Origin: a virus
DNA length: 49,399 bases
IMG/VR virus record: IMGVR_UViG_3300041402_000217
Location: 1 to 49,399 of that record
Reading direction: 5' to 3' (one strand)
Shown here piece after piece: positions 9,515 through 18,511 of the stretch. The position numbers were made by a program, and so were the translations under genes. Numbering within the stretch: the first letter of the stretch is position 1; each line of letters opens with the position of its first letter. The notes below the pieces were generated by a model that searched no databases, was not told where the DNA came from, and saw nothing but the letters and a program-made list of their open reading frames with translations.

Positions 9515-10960
9515 TCAGTCCTTTCTGAACCAAAAACATCCGCACCCGTTGTTCTGCTCGGCTACCAGTTCTTTTGCATCTCTGATAAGATTGCCCGGCG
9601 TCACATCGGGTATTAACATAAACTCAACCAATTTGAGTTCTTCAAAATAACTCATAATCTGTTCATAGCTGTAAATTCGGTGGATATTGAATATAACTCT
9701 CGGCTTGCCAACCGGGACTACAAATAATAAATCGCCGGCAAGAACCCGTTTAAGTTCCGATATTGCTTTTAAGTCTCCGTCCGGGTCGAGAGGGTCGCCG
9801 TACCTGCCTAACCCTATATGCTCGACAACGTGCATACAGGAAAGAGAGGGAATCGAATTATCAGCAAACGGTAACTGTGCCAGGTCTGCAAAGTTCGTCC
9901 GCAGGCCCGACAGCGGAATATCAAGAGGGCGATAGTCATAAGAATCTATCGGGATAAACGCCGAGACTAACGTGTTGAAATAAAGCAATGAAGAGATGTC
10001 AACGTGCTTTTCGGGCGGACAGGCGGCCAGAATACGAGCGGCCCAGCCGGTGTGCATGATGTAAGGCTTGTCGCCTTTCTGTTCGGGTTCTTCCAGGCAA
10101 CGCGGGCTTCGCCTAATCTCAAACCTATTGTCTTCTTTAGACATTTGTACGAACGTCTGGTATTCCGCCACACATTTTCTTGTCCCAAATAAATAGTAAT
10201 GCTTGATTCCGTGCGGGAACTCATACGGCATTTCCAAACAGTCAAACTCGTAACTTGTGTTTTCGTGAACGAACTTTTCAAAATAATCATAGTTGTCAAA
10301 ATCATTGTGTGTTGCCTGGAATATTATGAGTACATACTTGGTGTTTATCCCGCCCAGTATCCTTTTCCGCATCTCATAAGAAACTTCCGAGATGGACCAT
10401 GTAGCGATAAAAAGGCTTTCGTCGCGTGTCATTTGTTTTTTGAAATCAACCTCATCCCGCAAATATGTAATCCGGCCATTGGTCATTTCGCCGAGATAAT
10501 ATTGCTGAAGTTGAAGTACCGCAGGCAGGTCCATAATCGTATACTCGCCGGTAAAGCCGAAATTGTGTATAAGTCTGCACATGCAGCCGTAACCGCCCCC
10601 GAACTCATAAATCTTGTTGAGATTTTCTATTTTACAGTCCGTATTTGAAAGAAAACGCGCCAGGAGTTCAGCCTGCATTATTAAATTACCACTGCTCTGC
10701 GGATACAATTCGTACGGCTCCGGATTCCCTACGGGGGATTCGACTATGGCTTTTTCCCATTTCTCCCAGTCCGGCAGGCTTTGGAGATACTCCAGGGGCG
10801 AGAGCGACCTCAACTTGGTAAACATTGTCTGTCTAATCACGTCCCATTCCGTAAAGTGGGAAATGTCGCCTGTGAGTATTTGGTCGGCTATGGCATTGTT
10901 GTAATGCCCCCAGTCCGACTCTACGCACGGCCCTGTTGCTATATCATCTATCGTCTGCAT
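9515..10960 (-). CDS. Fusion of a sugar O-methyltransferase-like domain and a DUF268-like class I SAM methyltransferase domain
   Basis: Start moved to ATG 10960 (MQTIDDIA..., parallel to the paralog start MQKIELD). The N-terminal half has YEFGGGYGCMCRL (motif I). The C-terminal half has CMHVVEHIGLGRYGDPLDPDGD...FNIHRIY. Confidence 0.65.
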   Translation of the reverse strand: MQTIDDIATGPCVESDWGHYNNAIADQILTGDISHFTEWDVIRQTMFTKLRSLSPLEYLQSLPDWEKWEKAIVESPVGNPEPYELYPQSSGNLIMQAELLARFLSNTDCKIENLNKIYEFGGGYGCMCRLIHNFGFTGEYTIMDLPAVLQLQQYYLGEMTNGRITYLRDEVDFKKQMTRDESLFIATWSISEVSYEMRKRILGGINTKYVLIIFQATHNDFDNYDYFEKFVHENTSYEFDCLEMPYEFPHGIKHYYLFGTRKCVAEYQTFVQMSKEDNRFEIRRSPRCLEEPEQKGDKPYIMHTGWAARILAACPPEKHVDISSLLYFNTLVSAFIPIDSYDYRPLDIPLSGLRTNFADLAQLPFADNSIPSLSCMHVVEHIGLGRYGDPLDPDGDLKAISELKRVLAGDLLFVVPVGKPRVIFNIHRIYSYEQIMSYFEELKLVEFMLIPDVTPGNLIRDAKELVAEQNNGCGCFWFRKD

Positions 10961-11769
10961 CTTAAGGCCTCTTCTGAAACTTCCCCGAACAAATAGAAAT
11001 GATCGGGACGATTCGTTATTTTGTTGGGAAGGGCGATAGCGGTCCATCTATAGTCAGGAATCTGCTGCGTCGTCTGACAAAAATAGGCCAGGTTGTCAAG
11101 CTCTTCGTGACTTCCCTGAAAAGCAATGAGGATGTAGTTCGCTTTATCGAGGACTGCCTGTAAAATCGCATCTCTCAACGCATAAGACACTTCTGATAAA
11201 GACCATGTTGCTATAAAAAGACTGCCGCCTTCTATTTGTTCCATAAATTCCTTACTATCCAATAAATACACAAGCTGTCCCTGTTTTACCGTTCTCCCAA
11301 GATACCACTTTTGAAGGACTTGTACGGCTGGTAAATCCATGATCGTGTACTTGCCTGAAAAACCGAGATTGTGTATAAGCCGGCACATACAACCATAGCC
11401 GCCACCGAACTCATAAATTGCTTTCAGGTCTGTCAACTTACAACTCGTTCTTGAAAGGAACTGGGAAATATGGTTCGCTTGATGTATCATGTGGTCGCTA
11501 CTCAAAGGATACCACTGGTTAGGTGTGGGATTCCCCTCCGGCACTTCCTTGATAGCTTCTTTCCATTTGTCCCAGTCGGGCAGGTTCCGGAGATATTCAA
11601 AAGCACCCTGACTGTCACCCCCCTGGCTATCGTTGTAGTGCATTGTATTACTTACTATCGGCCATTTTGTAAAGTTGTTAATGTCATCTTCTTCAATATG
11701 TTTCGCTATCTTGTTGTTGTACCCTATCCAATCGTACCGAACACAAGTGTCGAGTTCTATTTTCTGCAT
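10948..11769 (-). CDS. Sugar O-methyltransferase-like class I SAM methyltransferase (paralog of the N-terminal half of 9515-10960)
   Basis: 273 aa. Shares LPDWDKWKEAI...YEFGGGYGCMCRLIHNLGF.G.YTIMDLPAV with the adjacent gene. GGGAGG lies upstream of the ATG. Confidence 0.65.
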   Translation of the reverse strand: MQKIELDTCVRYDWIGYNNKIAKHIEEDDINNFTKWPIVSNTMHYNDSQGGDSQGAFEYLRNLPDWDKWKEAIKEVPEGNPTPNQWYPLSSDHMIHQANHISQFLSRTSCKLTDLKAIYEFGGGYGCMCRLIHNLGFSGKYTIMDLPAVQVLQKWYLGRTVKQGQLVYLLDSKEFMEQIEGGSLFIATWSLSEVSYALRDAILQAVLDKANYILIAFQGSHEELDNLAYFCQTTQQIPDYRWTAIALPNKITNRPDHFYLFGEVSEEALRCRR

Positions 11770-13043
11770 AGCAAAGCCTCCCTCTGTAATTCACCTATCC
11801 GCTCGGCGCTCAGCCCTGATGTCTCGATGACTATATCAGCTTCGCCGTTTTTCTTTTTGTACGCACCGTAACCGTTTGAATCAATTTGCTTCCATGTAAG
11901 ACCCTCTTTCGGTTTGATGTCGTATTCCCCGCCGTTGCGGGCAGCATCGCCTATCGCCGTACCCTTATAGGGGAAGAATACCGTACAGTCGAAGTCAAAC
12001 TTATCAGGATATTTCTCTCTGTATTTCCTGATGAAAATGTTTGTCTGACGTGCGGTTCTTTCCGTCTCGCCCGGTAGCCCGATTATGAAGAACGCTTTGA
12101 CTCTCATGCCAGCAGCGATAACTGTATCTATGAAATAGCCCATCTGAGGAACCGTTGTCTTTTTATTGACAGTATCGAGTATCTTCTGGCTGGCGCTCTC
12201 GGCGCCAAACCCTATCTCAACACAACCGGACTCCGCCAAAAGTTCTGCCATTTTTAATGTCATTGTCGCGGCGTGGCCGAAACACCGAAAGGCCATAGAG
12301 TGCCTTTTAAGCACTTCTAAGTAGGGTTTCGCGCGTTCGATATTTAGTGCAAAAAGGTCGTCAAAAATCATCACACCCTCATACCCCAACTCTTTGATGC
12401 TCTTAATCTCTGCCTCGAAGTGTGCTACAGAAAACCACTTGGGTTTAGTTCCCCCGCTTTCACAGAATCCGCACCGCATGGGACAACCACGCGAATTGAC
12501 CATAGTTGTAGTCTTTGCCCCGTTCAAAGTATAATTGTACCTGTCAGCATACCGATGAGGAATAGGATAGCTGTTCATCTCATCCTCGGATAGTGTGTCG
12601 CAGTACATCCTCTGTTCCGGTGTGGACTTCGGCGACAGGCGGGAACATCCACCTGTAAGTAGTTCCTCCCATATCCGCTCACCGTCACCGCAGACGATAA
12701 TATCAAAGGGGTGCTTCATGCACTCGTCGAGATAGTACGTTGCGTGTGGCCCGCCTATCATTACTGTTGTATGCGGATAATACTTTTTAATATCCTCGCA
12801 TAGCCGATAAGCCTGTGGGCCTTGCGGTGTCATGCAGGAAATAGCGACAACATCATATATCCCTACCGCGCAATGGACAAGGTTGTTGTCAGTATAATCA
12901 ACATCGGCGCCTACCCTCTCCGCTACCGCCTGTAGATACTTAACACCCAGGTACGGGAATACAAACTGGTCGTCCAGAAACGGACTATCCAGCGTGGCAA
13001 GCAATATCCGCTTGCCTGATAAATTGTCTGTATTTTTCTTCAT
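11757..13043 (-). CDS. B12-binding (class B-like) radical SAM enzyme
   Basis: 428 aa. N-terminal cobalamin-binding-like segment (VVAISCMTPQGPQ...VMIGGPHATYY), followed by RGCPMRCGFCESG, which is a CxxxCxxC radical SAM cluster motif. Confidence 0.75.
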   Translation of the reverse strand: MKKNTDNLSGKRILLATLDSPFLDDQFVFPYLGVKYLQAVAERVGADVDYTDNNLVHCAVGIYDVVAISCMTPQGPQAYRLCEDIKKYYPHTTVMIGGPHATYYLDECMKHPFDIIVCGDGERIWEELLTGGCSRLSPKSTPEQRMYCDTLSEDEMNSYPIPHRYADRYNYTLNGAKTTTMVNSRGCPMRCGFCESGGTKPKWFSVAHFEAEIKSIKELGYEGVMIFDDLFALNIERAKPYLEVLKRHSMAFRCFGHAATMTLKMAELLAESGCVEIGFGAESASQKILDTVNKKTTVPQMGYFIDTVIAAGMRVKAFFIIGLPGETERTARQTNIFIRKYREKYPDKFDFDCTVFFPYKGTAIGDAARNGGEYDIKPKEGLTWKQIDSNGYGAYKKKNGEADIVIETSGLSAERIGELQREALLCRK

Positions 13044-13758
13044 TTTCCATTACACATTTAGGAGCATCTAACGGTTCTGTCGTAAACGTCATTCCGCGCT
13101 CAAATATATCCTCTCCGGCTGCTACGCGCTCTTGCAGCCTGTTCACGTCCTTGAAGTAGTCCGTATCGTATTCGGCGTGGGCAAAAGCCTCTAACTTCTT
13201 TGGTATCTGGTCAGGCGGGACAAGGTAAGAAAAGTGCCAACCGGCGTCTGGTATATAGTCTTTATACTCGCCAAGCCGTAACTTGTCCGGCGTAACGAGA
13301 TCCTTGTACTGGCAAAAAGCGGGGTACATCCATTCCTCGTTCGCCCTGCAGTTAAAGGAATAATAAAACAGCTTCATTTGCAGCCTGGTGGGATGATGGA
13401 AATGTTTCATCAGCGGCACTACCCCACGTCTCGGTATCTCATCGAGGTCGGAAACTATGATAATGTCGTCCGCCATAGCCCCCCTCAGTCCGTACAGGAT
13501 AGCGTTTCGCTGGTTCCTGTCGTTCTCAAACCTGTCAGGTCCCATCGGAGCAGAGCAGGCAATGTGGGTTATCTTGTCCTTGAACGGACCGAATATCTCA
13601 TTGTCCTTGACCTCGTCATAGTAAAGCCGTTTTGGTTTGCCTGAGTGGGTATGAGTCGCCTCTACCAGTACAAACCTGTCAACTACCGGGGACAGTTCTT
13701 TCAGGCGAATCTCCAGTAGCATCAACTCATCGAAAAACGGGAAGCAGTCGAAAATCAT
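12985..13758 (-). CDS. Glycosyltransferase family 17-like (GnT-III-like)
   Basis: 257 aa. MIFDCFPFFDELMLLEIRLKEL..VDRFVLVEA..THSGKPK ... DDIIIVSDLDEIP ... GWHFSYL is the GT17 signature as I recall it. Confidence 0.75.
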   Translation of the reverse strand: MIFDCFPFFDELMLLEIRLKELSPVVDRFVLVEATHTHSGKPKRLYYDEVKDNEIFGPFKDKITHIACSAPMGPDRFENDRNQRNAILYGLRGAMADDIIIVSDLDEIPRRGVVPLMKHFHHPTRLQMKLFYYSFNCRANEEWMYPAFCQYKDLVTPDKLRLGEYKDYIPDAGWHFSYLVPPDQIPKKLEAFAHAEYDTDYFKDVNRLQERVAAGEDIFERGMTFTTEPLDAPKCVMENEEKYRQFIRQADIACHAG

Positions 13759-15083
13759 TTTATCGCCTCCACTCTCAGGCAGGGGGTGTCTTTGGCGTGA
13801 TAGTCCGTTGCCTCAGTAAACTTAATATATTTGAACCCGGCCCTATCGAGTATGTACCTCAGCCGGTCCTCACTCGCGCCCCATCGGTGGATGTCTGTAT
13901 CGTCGTCGTTGCGGTAACTTCCATAAATGCTTATCAGGAGTTCCTCTTTCCTCGACTCGTCGGCCTCTAAATACTCCCTCATTACGGCGTCAAGGTCGGG
14001 CATTTCAATTACCAGGTTGCCTTCAGGCTTTAAGACACGTCGCCATTCCTCTAAGACGGCTATTAACGACGCATACTTCATACCGTAATCCGGGTTTACC
14101 GCAGCGTGCAGACATACCGGGATATGTTCGAGAACATGATAGCACTCGATTGTATCGACAGTGTTGTCTTGATATGGAAGTTGCCTTATGTCGCAGATTT
14201 TGTCTGTTACCGGCGTCTTCTTGCAATCGATGTTTACGTAGCCCGGAAGATATTGTGTACCGCAGCCAAGATGAAGCCTGACGGCTTCCTTTTCATGGTG
14301 AGGAAAGGGCGAAATCGGGTCGGCGTCCCACGGGTCGAACTCTACAAGTAGTTTCTTCTGGTAATCCGGCCTCCAACATTTCTGTTCTTTTTCGCTTAAC
14401 ATCGCAGCCGTAAATGAAAATGTACTGTTAGATGCTAACAAAACGTCGCAATGCTGCAGGATGTAGTGGTCGAGGAACATGCTCAAAAGCTCCGTATTCG
14501 GCTTCAACATCATCGGCTTATATTTCTCGAAGTCCGGGAAAACGGCCTCTGGGTCGTCACTTGCGAGAAAGAGGGTTGGGTTGTTAAACCTGTCCCAGTT
14601 CTTTTCCAGCCAGTCGAGATACCACTCGTTCGGAGCTACCCGGTTCGGAGGTCTGCTGTAATCACCCCTGCGTATGTGAATACCTATCAATGGCCCTGTT
14701 AATTTATCAAAAGTCTTGCTCACCCTGTCTCGTAAGGCTTGTATCGGGGTAAATAACTCCCTGAAGAAAGTTTTGTGCGGAGCATATACAGAAGTGTGAT
14801 ATTGGAAATAACCCTTTATATTGCAGTCTTCCAGTAATTCGCCGTTGCTCCATATACACTCCTGACTTGAACCGAAATCCTTTTGCGCCCGGCCCAGCCC
14901 GGAAACAGGAAAGTCTTTGCACCCCTCAAACAGTTCCCGCCCTATCCATCTTTCAGGTATCTCTACTTTCAGATGATATTTCTCAGCGTATATCTTTAAC
15001 GCCGCGTATTGGAATAACTCGTTACCATACGAACGATTCCCGACTGTTTCGTAATCAGCCAATGTTGTCATTGATACAAACAT
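13755..15083 (-). CDS. Fusion of a GT11-like (alpha-1,2-fucosyltransferase-type) domain and a class I SAM methyltransferase domain
   Basis: The track start at 15098 is TTG; the real ATG is at 15083 with AAGGAG 6 nt upstream. GIHIRRGDY motif and ...LASNSTFSFTAAML (GT11). C-terminal LHLGCG...YHVLEHIP...VLKPEGNLVIE (Methyltransf_11-like). Confidence 0.65.
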   Translation of the reverse strand: MFVSMTTLADYETVGNRSYGNELFQYAALKIYAEKYHLKVEIPERWIGRELFEGCKDFPVSGLGRAQKDFGSSQECIWSNGELLEDCNIKGYFQYHTSVYAPHKTFFRELFTPIQALRDRVSKTFDKLTGPLIGIHIRRGDYSRPPNRVAPNEWYLDWLEKNWDRFNNPTLFLASDDPEAVFPDFEKYKPMMLKPNTELLSMFLDHYILQHCDVLLASNSTFSFTAAMLSEKEQKCWRPDYQKKLLVEFDPWDADPISPFPHHEKEAVRLHLGCGTQYLPGYVNIDCKKTPVTDKICDIRQLPYQDNTVDTIECYHVLEHIPVCLHAAVNPDYGMKYASLIAVLEEWRRVLKPEGNLVIEMPDLDAVMREYLEADESRKEELLISIYGSYRNDDDTDIHRWGASEDRLRYILDRAGFKYIKFTEATDYHAKDTPCLRVEAIK

Positions 15084-15099
15084 AATATCTCCTTTCAAT

Positions 15100-15152
15100 C
15101 CTTTTCGGTTAAAAGGGGTCGGGGTAGAAAGGATTGAAATCCAACCTACCCC
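15100..15152 (-). terminator. Tandem stem-loops directly after the capsid/cement genes (possible attenuating terminator or RNA-stability element)
   Basis: Minus strand GGGGTAG..GGATTTCAATCC..CTACCCC (15121-15152) followed by CCTTTTAACCGAAAAGG (15100-16). Lies in the 68-nt gap between the cement stop and the next SD. Confidence 0.4.
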
Positions 15153-15166
15153 TCGCCCTTATTTAC

Positions 15167-15616
15167 TTACGTACCTACTTTAGTCAAAGGTGTAGCACCA
15201 CTAACCCAGGCATTGAACTCTGTTGCCCATGCGGTTTCCGCATTATGCCGCCAGTACATCAGCCGCAGATAACGACTGTGAGAGTTGGGGATTGCAACTT
15301 GCAATATCACCCCATCACTGTCGCTTGCCGCTTGTATCTCCGGAATACGCATTCTTTTCTCTAACAAGAATGTGTCCGTAGCCGCAAAAGCTGCGCCTGT
15401 GCTGCCCTGCAACTTGAAGCTGCACCATTCCGTTGCACCAATAAAGGTGTAAGGAGTGGCGATTGTTATGTTCAGGTAAAGCGGAGTGCCGGAACCGATG
15501 TCTAAATTCTCGGCTCCGAGGTCGATGATATTGGTGGAAAACGTCTGAGTTGCCGCGGCCGTTGCTCCGACCGTCTGAGTAGAACTAAAGATAAGTTTTG
15601 CGTCTCTTATACTCAT
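15167..15616 (-). CDS. Capsid cement/decoration protein (Bordetella phage BPP-1 Bbp16-like)
   Basis: 149 aa. MSIRDAKLIFSSTQTVGATAAATQTFSTNIIDLG...GSGTPLYL pattern. ATGA overlap with the capsid gene immediately upstream. Confidence 0.6.
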   Translation of the reverse strand: MSIRDAKLIFSSTQTVGATAAATQTFSTNIIDLGAENLDIGSGTPLYLNITIATPYTFIGATEWCSFKLQGSTGAAFAATDTFLLEKRMRIPEIQAASDSDGVILQVAIPNSHSRYLRLMYWRHNAETAWATEFNAWVSGATPLTKVGT

Positions 15617-16647
15617 GTTAAGGGTACCTCCTTACTTCCAATAGCATCCACTCGCCTTACGGGAACACCCCTGAACAGGGTTGTCGGCCTACCGCTCCAG
15701 TCACCAATGGTGTAAAGCACGTTCGTCCTGTCGACAGCGTGAATATCCATCTGCGTCTTGGTGTTTTCGTTGCAATAGATTCTGGCACCTGCACCCTTAT
15801 AAGGCAGGGCGTTAAGCGCCTCAATCAACTTGTGATGGATAGTTGCCGTGCTGCTACCGAATGACATGGTTGCAGCTATCTCTGTACGGAGGTTGGCAAT
15901 TCGCCTGATACAACGGTCGTCTCGGACTACAAGACCCGGATGGACCTTGAAGTGACTTACCAACGCCTGCATTAAAGCAGGTGCAGCGTAAGTGCCGCTT
16001 GCCTCGATGGTCTGTTCGCCGAGATTCTCATGGACTATACCCATAGTGGGTGAACCTTTCGGGTAGACCATGTGAACCTTATCCGCACCCCACTGAACGA
16101 TATAGATACTCGTATCAGCAGTGGTAGACGCTGCGCCACCGTCATAGACGTTAAATAGATTTATATCGTCTAATCGAGCAGGAAAACCGTTGAACCTTGC
16201 GGGGTATGTCTCGGCGTCGCCGTAAATAGTCGTCACGTCGCCTGAATTGTCCGCAGTGAACATGACCTTCGACAGTTCCTTGGCAAGTCCTTGTACAAAG
16301 GCTTTGTCCTCACCAGAACGAAACTGGTTGGTATTGCCGGACAGTTCTGCCAGGAGTTTATCAACACGGCTGTACGCCTCAAGGATACCAATACCCTCGG
16401 TGATTTGATTGGTACTGGATGCTTCAGGAGCAACACCTTGATTGATTGCACGCCATGTTCCGGTCGGCTCACTGGTCCGCTGGGTCGTAATATGACTCAT
16501 CGGCTGGTTTGCCTGTATCCAGATGGCGTCTTCCATCCATTCTTCAGTTGTCAGAAGAACTTCAACAATCGCTTGGAGGGCACCGAAATTGGTCCGCTTG
16601 GCTAACTGTTCAAGAGTAAGCTGGTCTCTGGTATTAAATTCAGTCAT
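15613..16647 (-). CDS. Major capsid protein (HK97-fold family)
   Basis: 344 aa. Position after the scaffold gene. Pattern ...W.QAN.P..H.TTQRTS.PTGTWRAINQGV...S...Q.TE......AYS.VDK matches the podovirus capsid family by eye. GGAG precedes the ATG. Confidence 0.8.
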   Translation of the reverse strand: MTEFNTRDQLTLEQLAKRTNFGALQAIVEVLLTTEEWMEDAIWIQANQPMSHITTQRTSEPTGTWRAINQGVAPEASSTNQITEGIGILEAYSRVDKLLAELSGNTNQFRSGEDKAFVQGLAKELSKVMFTADNSGDVTTIYGDAETYPARFNGFPARLDDINLFNVYDGGAASTTADTSIYIVQWGADKVHMVYPKGSPTMGIVHENLGEQTIEASGTYAAPALMQALVSHFKVHPGLVVRDDRCIRRIANLRTEIAATMSFGSSTATIHHKLIEALNALPYKGAGARIYCNENTKTQMDIHAVDRTNVLYTIGDWSGRPTTLFRGVPVRRVDAIGSKEVPLT

Positions 16648-16727
16648 AGCTTATTCTCCAATAAAAAAGCGAGATTTATCGGAGAACTCCCCGCTACCGT
16701 AGCGGACTCTCCTGCAAGTTACGCCTG

Positions 16728-17756
16728 TTAGACGACCTGACTTACAGGTTTACACTGGACCCTGCCGCTTCCACCGACCTGACCTCGGCTTTCACTGGTA
16801 GAGCTACCCAGGTTATCTTTCTCGCTGCCTACCCTTTCGGAACAGCGAAAATAATCTATTGTTCTTTTTAATCCTTCACGTAATAATACTTTTGGATTCC
16901 AACCCAACTTCTGCGCTAAAGTTATATCCGGGCATCTTCGCTTGGGGTCGTCTTCCGGCAAATCCTTAAATACTATGTTTAGCTTTGAGTTTATCATATC
17001 TTTGATGATTTTTGCCAGCGCGTATATATGTCTTTCGTCTGGATTGCCCAAGTTGACTGGATAATGGTCCCCCGAATCCATCAACGTAATAAGCCCATCA
17101 ACCATATCATCAACATAGCAGAAACTCCGGGTCTGTTGGCCGTCTCCGAAAATGATAAAATCCTGACCTCTTAGAGCCTGCATAATAAAGTTACTGACCA
17201 CTCTGCCATCGTCCACAGCCATACGCGGGCCGTAAGTATTGAATATCCGGGCTATTCTTATATCGACTCCATACTCGCGATGATAGTCCGTAAAGAGAGT
17301 CTCCGCGCACCGCTTACCCTCGTCATAACACGACCTCGGACCGATAGGATTGACATTGCCCCAGTATTCCTCACCTTGCGGGTGCTCTAACGGATCGCCG
17401 TAAACCTCCGATGTTGACGCCTGGAGTATCCTGGCGCCTACCCGTTTGGCCAAACCAAGCATATTGATAGCCCCGATAACCGCTGTCTTCGTGGTCTGAA
17501 CGGGGTCAACCTGATACCAGAGCGGTGAGGCCGGACACGCTAAATTGTATATCTCATCGACCTGGACGTACAGGGGGAGTGTAATATCATGCCTGATGAA
17601 TTCAAAACGGGGGTGTTTGAGTAAATGATGGATATTGCTCCTACTGCCGCTAAAGCAGTTATCTACGCATATAACCTCATTGCCCCATGCAATCAGCCTA
17701 TCGCACAAGTGCGACCCTATGAATCCTGCACCGCCTGTTACCAAAATTGTTTTCAT
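16728..17756 (-). CDS. UDP-glucuronate decarboxylase / UDP-xylose synthase-type SDR (UXS-like)
   Basis: 342 aa. [12 protein letters not shown] Rossmann motif, [21 protein letters not shown] (YxxxK) and [12 protein letters not shown] are classic UXS strings. About 38 extra C-terminal residues. ATGA overlap with the scaffold stop. Confidence 0.8.
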   Translation of the reverse strand: MKTILVTGGAGFIGSHLCDRLIAWGNEVICVDNCFSGSRSNIHHLLKHPRFEFIRHDITLPLYVQVDEIYNLACPASPLWYQVDPVQTTKTAVIGAINMLGLAKRVGARILQASTSEVYGDPLEHPQGEEYWGNVNPIGPRSCYDEGKRCAETLFTDYHREYGVDIRIARIFNTYGPRMAVDDGRVVSNFIMQALRGQDFIIFGDGQQTRSFCYVDDMVDGLITLMDSGDHYPVNLGNPDERHIYALAKIIKDMINSKLNIVFKDLPEDDPKRRCPDITLAQKLGWNPKVLLREGLKRTIDYFRCSERVGSEKDNLGSSTSESRGQVGGSGRVQCKPVSQVV

Positions 17757-18511
17757 TTGCCAGTATTTCCTACTACTTTTGAATAATCCAACTCGCCCGG
17801 CTCGGTGGTCTTACCTGGTGGTTCTCCGCCAGACGGTGCAACATCGCCCTTGACCAGCTTCCACGCTTCCATAAAGAACTCAATAACCGCAGGGTGAGAA
17901 TCCAAACCGTTGGCTTTCAGTACCTCCACGAAAGACTGGTTGACTACATCGTCGCCCGGCAAGTTGTAGAACCGATTAGCCATGTCAACACCTGCATCGT
18001 ACTGGGCGCCCAGCTTGGCCTTCAACTCGTTGGTCTTGGTCTCTACCGCCTGGTCGTTGGCTGTCTTTAATGCGGTTACTGCATCATCGTTCGCCTTGAA
18101 TAAGGCGTCAATAACCATCTTCGCCTGGCCCTCATAGACGGTCTTTGAAATGCCGTTGTCGTGAGCATACTTGGACATAGCTGTAATAAGTTTCTCGTTA
18201 TACTCCTTGCCATCTTCCCTGGCTATCTCATAGCCCTCGACCGTCGGAGGACAGCCCTGCTTGGTGTAATGGGCGCGTTTCTGCTCTGGCGTAGCGTCAG
18301 CGGCTAAAGGCTGTATCGCCGTACCCAGCATCTTGTCCTTGTTGAGATAGCTCTTTACTACCGACCCAATGTTCTTGTGGTCGGCTAAATCGCCTTGTTT
18401 CGGCTTTCCGGCATCGTCGTTCTCAAACGTACCTGCCGGCAGACTGTCCATCCAGCCATCTGTAAAAGACCCATCTTCGCCTAAAACTGCTACTGCTTCT
18501 GTCTCAGCCAT
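17753..18511 (-). CDS. Scaffolding protein
   Basis: 252 aa, acidic and helical, no enzymatic motifs. Lies in the portal-to-capsid interval as in T7-like order. Confidence 0.6.
   Translation of the reverse strand: MAETEAVAVLGEDGSFTDGWMDSLPAGTFENDDAGKPKQGDLADHKNIGSVVKSYLNKDKMLGTAIQPLAADATPEQKRAHYTKQGCPPTVEGYEIAREDGKEYNEKLITAMSKYAHDNGISKTVYEGQAKMVIDALFKANDDAVTALKTANDQAVETKTNELKAKLGAQYDAGVDMANRFYNLPGDDVVNQSFVEVLKANGLDSHPAVIEFFMEAWKLVKGDVAPSGGEPPGKTTEPGELDYSKVVGNTGK

Noticed and set aside
9967-10305. 112-aa minus-strand ORF in another frame inside the methyltransferase fusion gene
   Set aside because: The main frame shows methyltransferase motifs on both sides, and this frame has none.
16648-16727. 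Imperfect hairpin (ccgctaccgtagcgg core) upstream of the capsid gene as a terminator
   Set aside because: The stem is short and imperfect and the T-run is about 14 nt away. It is more likely just leader structure, so I did not list it as a feature.
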